The notes below the pieces were generated by a model that searched no databases, was not told the origin of the DNA, and worked only from the letters and a program-made list of their open reading frames with translations. Made by a program: the position numbers and the translations under genes. This document shows, in pieces, positions 36,755 to 46,925 of a stretch of 64,000 nucleotides of DNA (position 1 is the first letter of the stretch; the number at the start of each line of letters is the position of its first letter). The stretch spans positions 1,216,001 through 1,280,000 of the forward strand of contig CBDBZU010000004.1 in assembly GCA_965213625.1 (NCBI GenBank), given 5' to 3'. Source of the DNA: a bacterium (GTDB taxonomy: Bacteria; UBA8248).

Positions 36755-37633
36755 ATGAGAGCATCATGGAAGAAACTGGCTGTCATCACGGCCGCGTTGG
36801 CTGTATGCGCCGTTCTGGGCGCGGCGGGAGTGAGCGACGCCCAGGAGGCGAAGCCCACCGGCTGGTACGTGGGGGCGAGCGTCGGGTTCAACAAGGTTTC
36901 GACCGCCGAGCAGGCGGGCCATAACCGGGACAACATCTGCTACCCTGAAGACGACTGCAGCCACCTCGCCGGCGGCGCGCCCGAGGGCTACCGTTGGTAC
37001 TACGACCTGGATGCGGACGACGGCGCTACCTTCGAGATTTCCGTCGGCCGCACCTTCGGCGATTTTCGCATGGAACTGGGGCTGGCCCAGCGGAAAAATG
37101 ACGTCGAGCAGAAATACACTGACATCACCTATCTGGACGGCTCGCGCATCATGGCCCGCCCGGTGAGCAACTACGTGAGCAGAACTTCGGGCGGCGTCGA
37201 CGATCTGACGACGCGTACCCTCTCGCTGAACGCCTATTATGATTTCTCCATTGCGAACAGCCGCTTCACGCCCTACGTGGGCGCGGGCGTGGGCGTTTCC
37301 TTCGTCGAGCTATCCGGCGTGTATTTCGAGTCTTGGTACTCGTGCAAGGACCCTACGATGGACTGCGACATGCCGGAGCAGTACAACGGCCGCCAGAACG
37401 AGAACCTGACCGATACCGTCTTGTCCGCGCATCTGCACGCAGGTCTTGATTACCGCATGAGCGATAAGATGCTCGTGGGCCTCAAGCTCACCTACTCCAT
37501 GGTGGGCGACATGGAGGACGTCAAAGGCGGCTACGACTTCCACCCGGTCCCCGGTCTCTCCAACTTCACCACGATCAGCGGCATGAACCACTTCTCCGTG
37601 ATGTTCGGCGTGAAATACTTCTTCGGCGAGTGA
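36755..37633 (+). CDS. outer membrane beta-barrel protein (opacity/OmpA-like 8-strand type)
   Basis: Signal peptide, GWYVGASVG, NAYYDF, FTPYVGAGVG, C-terminal GVKYFF. Confidence 0.8.
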   Translation: MRASWKKLAVITAALAVCAVLGAAGVSDAQEAKPTGWYVGASVGFNKVSTAEQAGHNRDNICYPEDDCSHLAGGAPEGYRWYYDLDADDGATFEISVGRTFGDFRMELGLAQRKNDVEQKYTDITYLDGSRIMARPVSNYVSRTSGGVDDLTTRTLSLNAYYDFSIANSRFTPYVGAGVGVSFVELSGVYFESWYSCKDPTMDCDMPEQYNGRQNENLTDTVLSAHLHAGLDYRMSDKMLVGLKLTYSMVGDMEDVKGGYDFHPVPGLSNFTTISGMNHFSVMFGVKYFFGE

Positions 37634-37695
37634 TGGCGGGGGTAGATGTCGTTTCTTGCGGGAAGAGGAGGATGCGAATGGAGGAAAAAGAGGGA

Positions 37696-38613
37696 ATGGC
37701 GTCTCTAGAGTTGGGCAAGCTGGAAAGTGTGGATGTCCGGAGAGCATGGTCCCATGAGGCGCATGATTTTACACCGTGGCTCTCGCAAAATCTGGACCGA
37801 TTGTCCTCTGTGTTGGGCGTCGAATTGGAGCTGGTGGACACGGAGTTGCATGTCGGCGCGTATAGGGCTGACATTGTGGCCCGCGTCGTATCAGACGATG
37901 ACCTCGGGCAGATAAACAATATGGTGGTTATCGAAAATCAGTTGGCTGGCGCCGACCTGCAACACTTGGGGCAGATACTCGCTTATTTGTCCGGTCTCAA
38001 GGCTCGAATCGCGGTGTGGATTGCAGTGAAATTCGGGGAGGAGCACCTTTCTGCGATTCGCTGGCTGAACGAGCATACGACGGATCCGTTTGCATTCTTT
38101 GCGGTGAAGGTGGATGTTGTCCGCATCGGGAATTCACAGCTCGCACCCGTTTTTAACGTATTGGAGCGTCCAAACGAGTGGAATCGCCAGGTGGAGAGAG
38201 CCGCCGGGTTGAGCGAACTCGGTGAATTTCGTCGCGATTTCTGGGCGCACTTCGCCGCACGGCATCCTGATGCGCTTGGGTTGCGGCCAGGGTACGCGAA
38301 CAGCAATGTCTGGCACAGGGACGAGAGAAACAATATCTGGGTAACCCAGTTTTTGGCTCAGGATCGCGTCGGAGTGTACATTATTGGCAATCATCATGAG
38401 ATGAAAGAACAAATCTGGACTCGGCTCGAACCGCATCTGGATGCGCTTCAAGAAGCGATGAATGGCGAACATTTCTTCCACTCGGAGAAACATTGCTGTA
38501 TTACGGAATTGAAAATCAATTCACGAGACCGGGACAACTGGGACGAAATGGTGGACTGGCTCGAAGACCGGCGGAAGACGTATGAGCAGGTTTTTCAGAG
38601 TGGTTCCGCCTAG
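37696..38613 (+). CDS. DUF4268-type protein with N-terminal NucS-like PD-(D/E)XK domain
   Basis: WSHEAHDFTPWL, ADI, IENQL, HLGQILAY, IRWLNE, ERPNEW; start uncertain. Confidence 0.75.
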   Translation: MASLELGKLESVDVRRAWSHEAHDFTPWLSQNLDRLSSVLGVELELVDTELHVGAYRADIVARVVSDDDLGQINNMVVIENQLAGADLQHLGQILAYLSGLKARIAVWIAVKFGEEHLSAIRWLNEHTTDPFAFFAVKVDVVRIGNSQLAPVFNVLERPNEWNRQVERAAGLSELGEFRRDFWAHFAARHPDALGLRPGYANSNVWHRDERNNIWVTQFLAQDRVGVYIIGNHHEMKEQIWTRLEPHLDALQEAMNGEHFFHSEKHCCITELKINSRDRDNWDEMVDWLEDRRKTYEQVFQSGSA

Positions 38614-38646
38614 GCGGATTCGACGCCCCCACACCCCAACCCCGCG

Positions 38647-38675
38647 TTGACATCACCCTTTTCAGCCTACAGAAT
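38647..38675 (+). promoter_or_regulatory. putative sigma70 promoter of mqnE operon
   Basis: TTGACA-17bp-CAGAAT. Confidence 0.5.
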
Positions 38676-38736
38676 GCGGTCGTGCGTCACTGGCTGAATC
38701 GATTCTCCGATGAGACGAAAAAGTAGAAGGTGAACC

Positions 38737-39876
38737 ATGAACCGCGACTTCATGCGCTCGCGCGTCTCGAAAGGCCCTCTGGGCGATATCCTCGAAAAGG
38801 TCGAAGCGGGCCTGCGCCTCTCCTTCGAGGAGGGCGTGCGCCTCTACGAAGCCGAGGACATCAACGCCGTCGGCTTCCTGGCGAACGTCGTGCGCGAGCG
38901 CCTGCACGGCGACCGCACCTATTACAACGTGAACAGCCACATCAACTACTCGAACATCTGCGTGCTGTGGAAGGCGTGCAAGTTCTGCGCGTTCGGCAAG
39001 AAGGAAGGCCAGCAGGACGCCTATGCGTATTCGCTGGAGGAAATCTTCAAGATGGCGGAGACGCTGGGCCGGGGTCGCACCGAGTTCCACATGGTGGGCG
39101 GCCTGCATCCTGACCTCCCCTTCGACTACTACCTGGAGATGATCCAGGGCATCAAGGAAATCCACCCGCAACTGCACTTGAAAGTCTTCACGGCGACGGA
39201 GATTCGCTGGCTCGCCGACCACGTAGCGAAGATGAGCGTGGAGGAGACGCTGGATCACCTGGTGCGATCGGGGCTCGGTTCGCTCACGGGCGGCGGGGCG
39301 GAGATTTTCGCCGAACCCACGCGTTCTAAAATCTGCAAGGGTAAGCACTCGGGCGAGGACTGGCTCGAAATTCACCGCATCGCCCACAACAAGGGCATCC
39401 GCAGCACGTGCACCATGCTCTACGGCCACGTCGAATCGAACGAGGACCGCGTGGACCACATGCTCAAGCTCCGGGATTTGCAGGACGAAACCGGCGGGTT
39501 CACCACCTTCATCCCGCTCGCGTTCCATCCCGAGAACACACAGATGGACGACATCCCCTCCACGGGCGGGATGCTCGACATCAGGAACTACGCCGTCGGG
39601 CGGCTTCTGCTCGACAACATTCCCCACATCAAGGCGTACTGGATCATGGTTGGGCAGCCCATCGCGCAAATCTCGCAGCGCTTCGGCGTGGACGATCTGG
39701 ACGGCACCGTCGTCCAGGAGAAGATCTACCACATGGCGGGCGCGAAGACGCCGCACGAACTCACCGTGAACGACATCCGCCGCCTCATCCGCGAGGTGGG
39801 GCGCGAGCCCATCGAGCGCGACACGCTCTACCGGGAAGTCACGCGCCAGGGAGATCAATGGGCAGTTCACGCCTGA
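38737..39876 (+). CDS. mqnE: aminofutalosine synthase (radical SAM)
   Basis: HINYSNICVLWKACKFCAF, VGGLHP, GGGAEIF, IPLAFHPENT, HIKAYW, DGTVVQEKIYHMAGA. Confidence 0.93.
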   Translation: MNRDFMRSRVSKGPLGDILEKVEAGLRLSFEEGVRLYEAEDINAVGFLANVVRERLHGDRTYYNVNSHINYSNICVLWKACKFCAFGKKEGQQDAYAYSLEEIFKMAETLGRGRTEFHMVGGLHPDLPFDYYLEMIQGIKEIHPQLHLKVFTATEIRWLADHVAKMSVEETLDHLVRSGLGSLTGGGAEIFAEPTRSKICKGKHSGEDWLEIHRIAHNKGIRSTCTMLYGHVESNEDRVDHMLKLRDLQDETGGFTTFIPLAFHPENTQMDDIPSTGGMLDIRNYAVGRLLLDNIPHIKAYWIMVGQPIAQISQRFGVDDLDGTVVQEKIYHMAGAKTPHELTVNDIRRLIREVGREPIERDTLYREVTRQGDQWAVHA

Positions 39877-39884
39877 GCACCACC

Positions 39885-40702
39885 ATGAAACTCGGCACCG
39901 TTCCCTTCCTGAATGCCAGACCCCTTACGATTGCGCTGGAGGGAAACCCGGCGGTGGAACTCATCGTCGAACCCCCATCGAAGCTGGCAGAAATGCTTGA
40001 GAGTGGCGAACTGGACGGCGCGCTCGTCTCCTCGTTCGCTCTTTTCGGGATGCGCGGCGCGCGCTTTGCGCCCGGCGTGGGCATCGCGAGCAAAGGCCCC
40101 GTGGAGAGTATCCGCCTCTATTGCCGGAGGCCTGCCGATTCACTGCGCCGCGTGGGGCTGGACAGCTGGTCGCTCGCTGCGACGAACATGGCGCGCGTCT
40201 ATCTGAAACACCGCTGGGGTGTGGAGCCCGAGTTCGTCGCAATCGACCCCTTGAGGCCGCCGCGTGAGGACGAGTCGCTGGACGCCTTTTTGCTCATCGG
40301 AGACAACGCGCTCAGGGAGCCGCCGGGCGATCACTACGTACTCGACTTAGGCGAAGAGTGGCAGAATTATGTCGGGCTGCCCTTCGTCTATGCGCTCTGG
40401 GTGTTCCGTCAGGGAGCGGGAGACGCGGAAGCCGCAACGCTTTTGCAGAACGCGAAAAAAGAGGGCGTCGGGCGGATTGAGGAAATCGTGAACGGCGCGC
40501 TTCCCCCCCGCGTCGACAGGAACACGGCGTGGTGTTATCTCACCGAGTGCATCCGCTACGACGTGGGCGATGAGGAAATCGAAGGCTTGAGGCGTTATTA
40601 TGATCTTCTCGTCGAGGACGGCTTGGCGTCTGAAGGCTGGGAGCCCCGCTTTGTCGATGAGCCGGTAGCCCGCGCCGAGGTGGTGGAAAACTCAGCCGCT
40701 AA
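39885..40702 (+). CDS. mqnA: chorismate dehydratase; as given reads in frame into the amidase, end inferred
   Basis: VPFLNARPL, GIASKGPVESI, LLIGDNAL, DLGEEW..GLPFVYALW; no in-frame stop before 42134, TAA at 40700-40702 lies in the -1 frame. Confidence 0.85.
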
Positions 40703-40712
40703 GGAGGACGAC

Positions 40713-42134
40713 ATGAGCGACGACCTTTGCTTCACGAGCATTTACGACCTGGCGGGGATGATCCGCAAAAAGGAAATCTCCCCCGTCGAGGTGACGGAAG
40801 CGCACTTGCGGCGTATCGAAGCAGTGAACCCCAAGCTGTTCGCCTATCAGACGGTGACGGCCGAACGCGCCATGGAGGCGGCGAAGGCCGCTGAGGCCGA
40901 GATAGCCGGTGGCCAGTGGCGCGGCCCCATGCACGGTATTCCTTACGGGGCCAAGGACATCGTCGAGACGGCGGGCGTGCTCACAACGCATGGCTCTTCC
41001 TTTCACCGGGACAACGTGCCGCGTGAGGACGCGGAGATTATCAGGCGTCTCAAGAACGCGGGCGCCGTCATGCTCGGCAAGACGGTCACGCACGAGTTCG
41101 CCGCCGCGGCGGTGAGCATCAACCCGCACTACGGCACGGTGCGAAACCCCTGGGATACGGAGCGCATCGTCGGTGGCTCGAGCGGCGGTTCGGGCGCGGC
41201 GTGTGCGGCGGGGCTTGCGCCTGCCGCCATCGGTACGGATACGGGCGGCTCCATCAGAAACCCCGCCTCCCTGTGCGGGGGCGTGGGCTTCAAGGCGACC
41301 CACGGGCGGGTGAGTATCCGGGGCATCTGCCCAAACGCTCTGAGTCTCGACCATGCGGGGCCCATGACGCGCACGGCGCGCGATGCGGGCCTCATGCTTC
41401 AGGCGGTGGCCGGCTATGACGCCCGGGATTCGAAGACCCAGAACATTCCCGTTCCCGACTACACCGCCAGCATCGAGGACGGCGTGCGCGGCAGCCGCAT
41501 TCTCGTGTGTCCTGATTTTCACGGGCATGCCGAGGTGGATTCGGAGGTCACGGCGGCGTTCGAGGCGGCGGTGGAGGTGTTCCGCGCCCTGGGTGCTGTG
41601 GTGGAAGAGGTATCCTTCGCGCACCACCAGAGGCTCATGGATTTCTTCCCCCTCATCTCGGGCCCTGAGTTCAGCGAGTTCCACAGGCCGTTTTTCGAAG
41701 AGAATCCGGATGGCTATGGCGAGGACGTGCGCGAGCGCATTGAGTGGTCGTTCCAGATCGCGCCGGATGATTACGTGCGCGCGATGAGAGAACGCGTTCT
41801 CGCGCAGCGCGAGGTCGCCGCGTTCTTCGAGGGCGCGGACGCCCTCATCCAGCCCGCCATGCCCTGCGTCGCCCCGCGGATCGAGACGCTCACCGTCCGC
41901 ATGAACGGGCGGGACGTATCCTACAAGAACATCCACAGGCCGTTTCTGGCGCCGCACAACGCCACGGGCTTCCCGGCGCTCGTCACGCCGATGGGCCGGA
42001 ATTCGGAGGGCATGCCGACCTCTCTCCAGATCGCGAGCGGCCCCTGGCGCGAGACCGACGTCCTGCGCGTGGCCCACGCCTATGAAGAAGCGACGCCCGA
42101 ACTCAGGAACGAACGGCCCCCCGTGGGGGCGTGA
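40713..42134 (+). CDS. amidase signature family (GatA-like) amidase
   Basis: GPMHGIPYGAKD, GGSSGGS, GTDTGGSIRNPA; own TAAGGAGG RBS. Confidence 0.92.
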   Translation: MSDDLCFTSIYDLAGMIRKKEISPVEVTEAHLRRIEAVNPKLFAYQTVTAERAMEAAKAAEAEIAGGQWRGPMHGIPYGAKDIVETAGVLTTHGSSFHRDNVPREDAEIIRRLKNAGAVMLGKTVTHEFAAAAVSINPHYGTVRNPWDTERIVGGSSGGSGAACAAGLAPAAIGTDTGGSIRNPASLCGGVGFKATHGRVSIRGICPNALSLDHAGPMTRTARDAGLMLQAVAGYDARDSKTQNIPVPDYTASIEDGVRGSRILVCPDFHGHAEVDSEVTAAFEAAVEVFRALGAVVEEVSFAHHQRLMDFFPLISGPEFSEFHRPFFEENPDGYGEDVRERIEWSFQIAPDDYVRAMRERVLAQREVAAFFEGADALIQPAMPCVAPRIETLTVRMNGRDVSYKNIHRPFLAPHNATGFPALVTPMGRNSEGMPTSLQIASGPWRETDVLRVAHAYEEATPELRNERPPVGA

Positions 42135-42204
42135 ACTTTTCATCGTCTAAAGAACTACAGAGTCGGGCAAAAGGCCAATTTGGCGAAACGAAAGGAGAAC
42201 GACC

Positions 42205-42996
42205 TTGCCGAAAGCGCGCGTGAACGGAATCGACATATATTACATCGAACGAGGCGAGGGAACGCCGCTGCTTGCGGTGCACGGGTTCCAGAACTCGCAT
42301 TTCTCCTTCACGCCGCTCATGGACTGGCTCTCCGAACGCTTCCATGTGTACGCGCTCGATTTGCGCGGCCACGGCGATTCGGACAAGCCGCACGGCCCCT
42401 ACACCATCCAGAACTTCGCCGATGACGTCGTGGGCTTTCTGGACGCCCTCGGCATCGAGCGCACGGATTACCTGGGCCACAGCATGGGCGGGCGCACGGG
42501 CACCATGGTGGGTATTCAGCATTCCGAGCGCCTGTGCCGCCTCATGCTCTCCGCCTCATCCGCAGGCCCGCCTTCGGGCGCGTACCGGCAGATGTTCGAA
42601 GAACACTTGAAGATGGCCGAAACCGAAGGGATGGAGACGCTGCACGAATTCAAGTTGCGGCGGGATGAAGTTCCCGAGGGCCTGCGCGAAGGCCCCCTGG
42701 CAGAGGAGTACAGGGAGAATTTCCTCAAGAACACGCCGCAGACCTTCGCCGATACCGCGAACGCGCTGTTCACGATGCCGGTTTTACGGGACGAGCTGCA
42801 CAAAATCTCCGTCCCCACCTGGGTGTGCCACGGGGAGAACGACGCGGGCCCCATTGATTTCAGCGAGGTGTATGCGAAGCACGTGCCCGATTGCACGACT
42901 TCCATCATCCCCGATGCGGGCCACAGCTCCTTCTGGGATCAGCCCGAAGCCTTCATCGCGCAGATGGAGAAATTCCTGGAGAAAAACCCCCTCTGA
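42205..42996 (+). CDS. alpha/beta hydrolase (enol-lactonase-like)
   Basis: HGF, DLRGHGDS, GHSMGG, GEND, AGH; TTG start after AAGGAG. Confidence 0.88.
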   Translation: MPKARVNGIDIYYIERGEGTPLLAVHGFQNSHFSFTPLMDWLSERFHVYALDLRGHGDSDKPHGPYTIQNFADDVVGFLDALGIERTDYLGHSMGGRTGTMVGIQHSERLCRLMLSASSAGPPSGAYRQMFEEHLKMAETEGMETLHEFKLRRDEVPEGLREGPLAEEYRENFLKNTPQTFADTANALFTMPVLRDELHKISVPTWVCHGENDAGPIDFSEVYAKHVPDCTTSIIPDAGHSSFWDQPEAFIAQMEKFLEKNPL

Positions 42997-43060
42997 ATCG
43001 TCTGCTCGGGTTGCGCCGCCGCCGGGAATCTTCGCTATGCCGGGGTGCGGGGGCCGATTC

Positions 43061-43358
43061 GGGGTCGTTGAAAAAGTCCACCTCGCTCGGAATTGGCCAG
43101 CGCCGTCATTCCGGCGAAAGCCGGAATCCATTGTAAAGCAGAATGACAATACGCCGGTTTTTCATCTCCTCGCCATTGACGTAAATCAATCAGAAAATAA
43201 AAAACAAAAGCAAAACAAATGGATTCCGGCTTTCGCCGGAATGACGATCAAAACCACATCGCCTTGTTGGGATAGGTCGCGACCTTTCCTATCGGACCCT
43301 CTCTCCCCGGTAGGCACCATCCGCCGAATCACGTAATCAGGACTTCTTTAACATCCCC
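43061..43358. mobile_element. MITE with IS1182-like ends carrying a REP doublet
   Basis: Ends GGGGTCGTTGAAAAAGTCC / GGACTTCTTTAACATCCCC; ATTC on both sides; internal IR CGTCATTCCGGCGAAAGCCGGAATCCA (43104-43130 / 43220-43246). Confidence 0.72.
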
Positions 43359-43442
43359 ATTCTCCCCGCCGGTTCCATCTGTTGACCTGATTGCGGCTCT
43401 CCCGCATTATTCCCAGGGCTTGAGCGAACCTTGAGGAAATCC

Positions 43443-44522
43443 ATGACCACGGCGACGACGGCGTTCTACGAGGCGATTGAAAAGGCGGCGGCGGGCGAGC
43501 GCCTCTCTTATGAGGAAGGCCTCGCCCTGCTCGAAGGCGACGATCTCGTCGCCCTGGGCGCCGCGGCGGACGACGTGCGCGCGCGGCTGCACCCCGAGGG
43601 CTACGCCACCTATTGCGTGGACAGGAACATCAATTACACGAACGTGTGCGACGTCTACTGCACCTTCTGCGCGTTCTACCGTCCACCGGGCGATCACCCC
43701 GAAGCCTACATCCGCACGCGCGATGAGATTCGGCAGAAACTCGAAGAACTCTACGCCGTGGGAGGCCGCCAGATCCTGCTCCAGGGCGGGCACCATCCGG
43801 ACCTCCGAATCGAATGGTACGAGGAGCTCTTCTCCTGGATGAAGGGGGAATTCCCCGATCTCCACCTCCATGGTTTAAGTCCGCCCGAGATTCACCACAT
43901 CGCCCGGCTGGAGGACATGCCGTATGAAGTGGTGCTCACGCGCCTGAATGCTGCGGGCTTGGATTCCGTGCCCGGCGGCGGCGGCGAGATTCTCGTCGAC
44001 CGCGTGCGGGAGAAGATTTCGCGGCTCAAAGTCGATACGGAGGGCTGGCTCGAGGTCATGCGCGTCGCCCACAACCTGGGCATCCGCTCCAGCGCCACGA
44101 TGATGTTCGGCCACGTGGAAACCGATGCCGAGCGGGTCGAACACTTACACCGCCTGCGCGAGCTTCAGGACGAGACGGGCGGCTTCACGGCCTACATCTG
44201 CTGGACGTTCCAGAACGACGGCGCCGCGCCGCTCAAGGCGCAGACGGTGGGCAGCAGCGAATATCTCAGGATGCTGGCCATCAGCCGCCTGTATCTGGAC
44301 AACATCGCGAACTTCCAGTCCTCCTGGGTGACGCAGGGGATGAAGATAGGCGAGATATCCCTGCACTACGGCTGCAACGACATGGGTTCCACCATGCTGG
44401 AGGAAAACGTGGTGAGCGCCGCCGGCACCACCTACGCCCTGAACGAGGACGACCTCCACCGCATGGCGCGAAACGCCGGCTTCACGCCCAGGCGGCGCAA
44501 TTTCTTCTACAAATTGATCTAG
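43443..44522 (+). CDS. mqnC: cyclic dehypoxanthinyl futalosine synthase (radical SAM)
   Basis: DRNINYTNVCDVYCTFCAFYR, QILLQGGHHP, QSSWVTQG, GSTMLEENVVSAAG. Confidence 0.94.
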   Translation: MTTATTAFYEAIEKAAAGERLSYEEGLALLEGDDLVALGAAADDVRARLHPEGYATYCVDRNINYTNVCDVYCTFCAFYRPPGDHPEAYIRTRDEIRQKLEELYAVGGRQILLQGGHHPDLRIEWYEELFSWMKGEFPDLHLHGLSPPEIHHIARLEDMPYEVVLTRLNAAGLDSVPGGGGEILVDRVREKISRLKVDTEGWLEVMRVAHNLGIRSSATMMFGHVETDAERVEHLHRLRELQDETGGFTAYICWTFQNDGAAPLKAQTVGSSEYLRMLAISRLYLDNIANFQSSWVTQGMKIGEISLHYGCNDMGSTMLEENVVSAAGTTYALNEDDLHRMARNAGFTPRRRNFFYKLI

Positions 44523-44535
44523 TAACGCCTCTCCC

Positions 44536-45819
44536 GTGACGATGGAATCGCCCCGAACGCCCCAAAAGCAGAAGATGGAGCTCTGGCTGGCGGACCTGGT
44601 CTGTCCGGTGGATGGGCCGCCCATCCGGCGCGGCGCTATCCTGACGTCCTCGGGCCGCGTTCTGGCGGTGGGGGAGGAGGCCTTCGTGCGCCCCGCCGAA
44701 CCCGTGGCCGAGGAGCGCGACTTCGGGCGCGCTATACTGATTCCCGGCCTCGTCAACGCGCACACGCACCTGGAACTCTCGGGCCTCAAGCGAAAGCCCG
44801 GCCCGATGGAGGATTGGATAGTCTCTCTCGTGCGCGAGATGAGGGGCTGGCCCGCGCATCTGTTTCTGGCCTCGGCGCAGATCGGCGCCGCCGCGAGTCT
44901 GGCGGCGGGCGTCACCTGCGTGGGCGACGTTTCGATCTCTGGCGAGAGCGCCACGGCGATAGCGGGCTCAGGGATGCGCGGCGTGGTGTTCCACGAGGTG
45001 CTGGGGCTGGATCCGGCGCGGGCCGATGAGGTTCTGGCGGAAAAAATGAAGGCCTGCGACCTGTTCCCGGAATACAAAGGCCTCATATCGAACGCCGTTA
45101 GGCACGGCCTGAGCCCCCATGCGCCCTATAGCGCCTCGCTCGCTCTTTACCGCGCGGTGCGCGATGAAGCGCAAGCGAGAGGCTGGCCCGTGGCGACGCA
45201 CCTGGGCGAGAGCGCGCACGAGGTCGAATTCTTACAAGACGGCGGCGGCGCGCTCGCGAGAGTCCACCATGAGCTGAACGGTAAGCTTCACGGCTACAAA
45301 CCCTCGGGCCTGCGCCCCGTCGCCCATCTCGACCTCACCGGCGCGCTCGAAGGCTTAACCCTTGCCGTACACGCGAACCAGACCAACGCGGAAGACTGGG
45401 TGCACCTCAGGAAGAACGGGGTGCGTGTTTGCCTTTGCCCGCGCTCGGCGCATTTTTTCGGCCACCCCTTCGCCGATGCGGCGCGCATGCGCGAGGCGGG
45501 CGTGGAACTTTGCCTCGGAACCGACAGCCTGGCGAGCAGCCCCTCCCTCTCGCTTCTGGACGAGGCCTGCGCCCTTCGCGAGGCGGACGTGGAGATAAGC
45601 GATAGCGAACTGCTCGATTTGTGCACGCGCGCGGGCGCCGAGGCGCTCGGCTTCGACAACCTGGGGGTTCTCAAACCCGGCGGCGCGGCGGATTTCTGCG
45701 TCGTCTGTCCGCCTCGCGGCGCGGGTGGTTTGCATCTGGGCGACGTGTTCGATGAGGGTGCGTTCGTCGTCTGCACCGTCACGAACGGGGAAGTCCGCTA
45801 TGAGGCGCCGAGCGGTTGA
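44536..45819 (+). CDS. metal-dependent amidohydrolase, probable aminodeoxyfutalosine deaminase
   Basis: PGLVNAHTHLELS, SPHAPYS, THLGES..E, CPRS, LGTDSLAS; follows mqnC. Confidence 0.8.
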   Translation: MTMESPRTPQKQKMELWLADLVCPVDGPPIRRGAILTSSGRVLAVGEEAFVRPAEPVAEERDFGRAILIPGLVNAHTHLELSGLKRKPGPMEDWIVSLVREMRGWPAHLFLASAQIGAAASLAAGVTCVGDVSISGESATAIAGSGMRGVVFHEVLGLDPARADEVLAEKMKACDLFPEYKGLISNAVRHGLSPHAPYSASLALYRAVRDEAQARGWPVATHLGESAHEVEFLQDGGGALARVHHELNGKLHGYKPSGLRPVAHLDLTGALEGLTLAVHANQTNAEDWVHLRKNGVRVCLCPRSAHFFGHPFADAARMREAGVELCLGTDSLASSPSLSLLDEACALREADVEISDSELLDLCTRAGAEALGFDNLGVLKPGGAADFCVVCPPRGAGGLHLGDVFDEGAFVVCTVTNGEVRYEAPSG

Positions 45820-45953
45820 TGCTGTTTCGCAGCATTCGCGCACGGACGCGGAATGCGCGCCGGCATCCTGTGTGGTATAAACCCGAAAAATTTTGTGCTC
45901 AACGCATCTTTTCACATACGAGCCGAGAGGCCTCTCAGGGAGAATGAGTATCC

Positions 45954-46559
45954 ATGGCGAAAAAATTACCGAATTTCGATAATTCCAACTGGAAGACCCG
46001 CAAGGCCCGCTACGACGTGGCCGAGGCGAGCATCGGCCGCGTCCTGACCGTCCGCATGGCGCCGGGGGACGATCTGTTCGGCACGACGCTCAAGATATGC
46101 CAGGAGAAGAATGTGAAGGCGGGCGTCATCCTGAGCGTGGCGGCGAGCCTGCAGAAGGCGGTGCTCAGAAACGTCTGGCAGTTCCCCGACCCGTTCCCGA
46201 TCAACGACGAGTGCCGCATCTTCACGCCCATAGGCGGCCCGCTCGAACTCCTGCAGATGAGCGGCAACATCACGCAGACCGAGGCGGGCGAGCCCTACCT
46301 CCACGCCCACGTCACCATCTCGATGGGCCGGCCCGAGGCGACGTGCTTCGGCGGCCACCTGGTGGAGGGTTGCACCATTTTCAGCACGTGCGAGATGGTC
46401 ATCGCCGAGTTGGCGGACATCTCCTTCATGCGTCTCATGGACAAGCACACCCGCGTGGGCGAGGTCTTCGGCATCGAGACGAACGGGAAATCGGACGCCG
46501 CGATCAAACAGGCAATGGCGAAGCGCAAGGCGCGCCCCAAGCCCAAGGGCGTGCGGTAG
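45954..46559 (+). CDS. PPC/DUF296 domain protein
   Basis: RMAPGDDL, LELLQMSGNI, LHAHVTIS, FGGHL, TCEM. Confidence 0.88.
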   Translation: MAKKLPNFDNSNWKTRKARYDVAEASIGRVLTVRMAPGDDLFGTTLKICQEKNVKAGVILSVAASLQKAVLRNVWQFPDPFPINDECRIFTPIGGPLELLQMSGNITQTEAGEPYLHAHVTISMGRPEATCFGGHLVEGCTIFSTCEMVIAELADISFMRLMDKHTRVGEVFGIETNGKSDAAIKQAMAKRKARPKPKGVR

Positions 46560-46590
46560 ATTGTAAGAGAATCACTTTGAAGCAAGTTTC

Positions 46591-46627
46591 AAGGGGCCGC
46601 TCCTGCGGGGGCGGCCTCTTTGCTTTT
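46591..46627 (+). terminator. intrinsic terminator
   Basis: AAGGGGCCGCTCC..GGGGCGGCCTCTT followed by TGCTTTT. Confidence 0.7.
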
Positions 46628-46925
46628 GGAGTGAGCCGCACTGGAGGAGGTTGTTGAAAAAGCCTTTGTCGGGGGACATCGCCTCTAGCGGGAAGGCCGC
46701 TTCCGCACGAACCTCCGACTCTCCTCGTCAGAAGCAACCCCCCCTTGTCAGGGGTCAATTCCGACCGAGGAGGGAGGAATTGCAAACCGATGCGTTTCCC
46801 GCCAATGGCTTATGCAAACGCTCGTTCCTCACTCGCGTTTGACCCCTGACAAGGGGCTGTTAAAAAACCCCCTGGAAGCGATTTTGAGTTTCGCGGATGC
46901 TTTTGAATTTCACTCCCCCCTTGAG

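Noticed and set aside
39408-39884. N-terminal extension of the 908-aa ORF
   Set aside because: Overlaps mqnE out of frame; Arg/Pro-rich shadow translation
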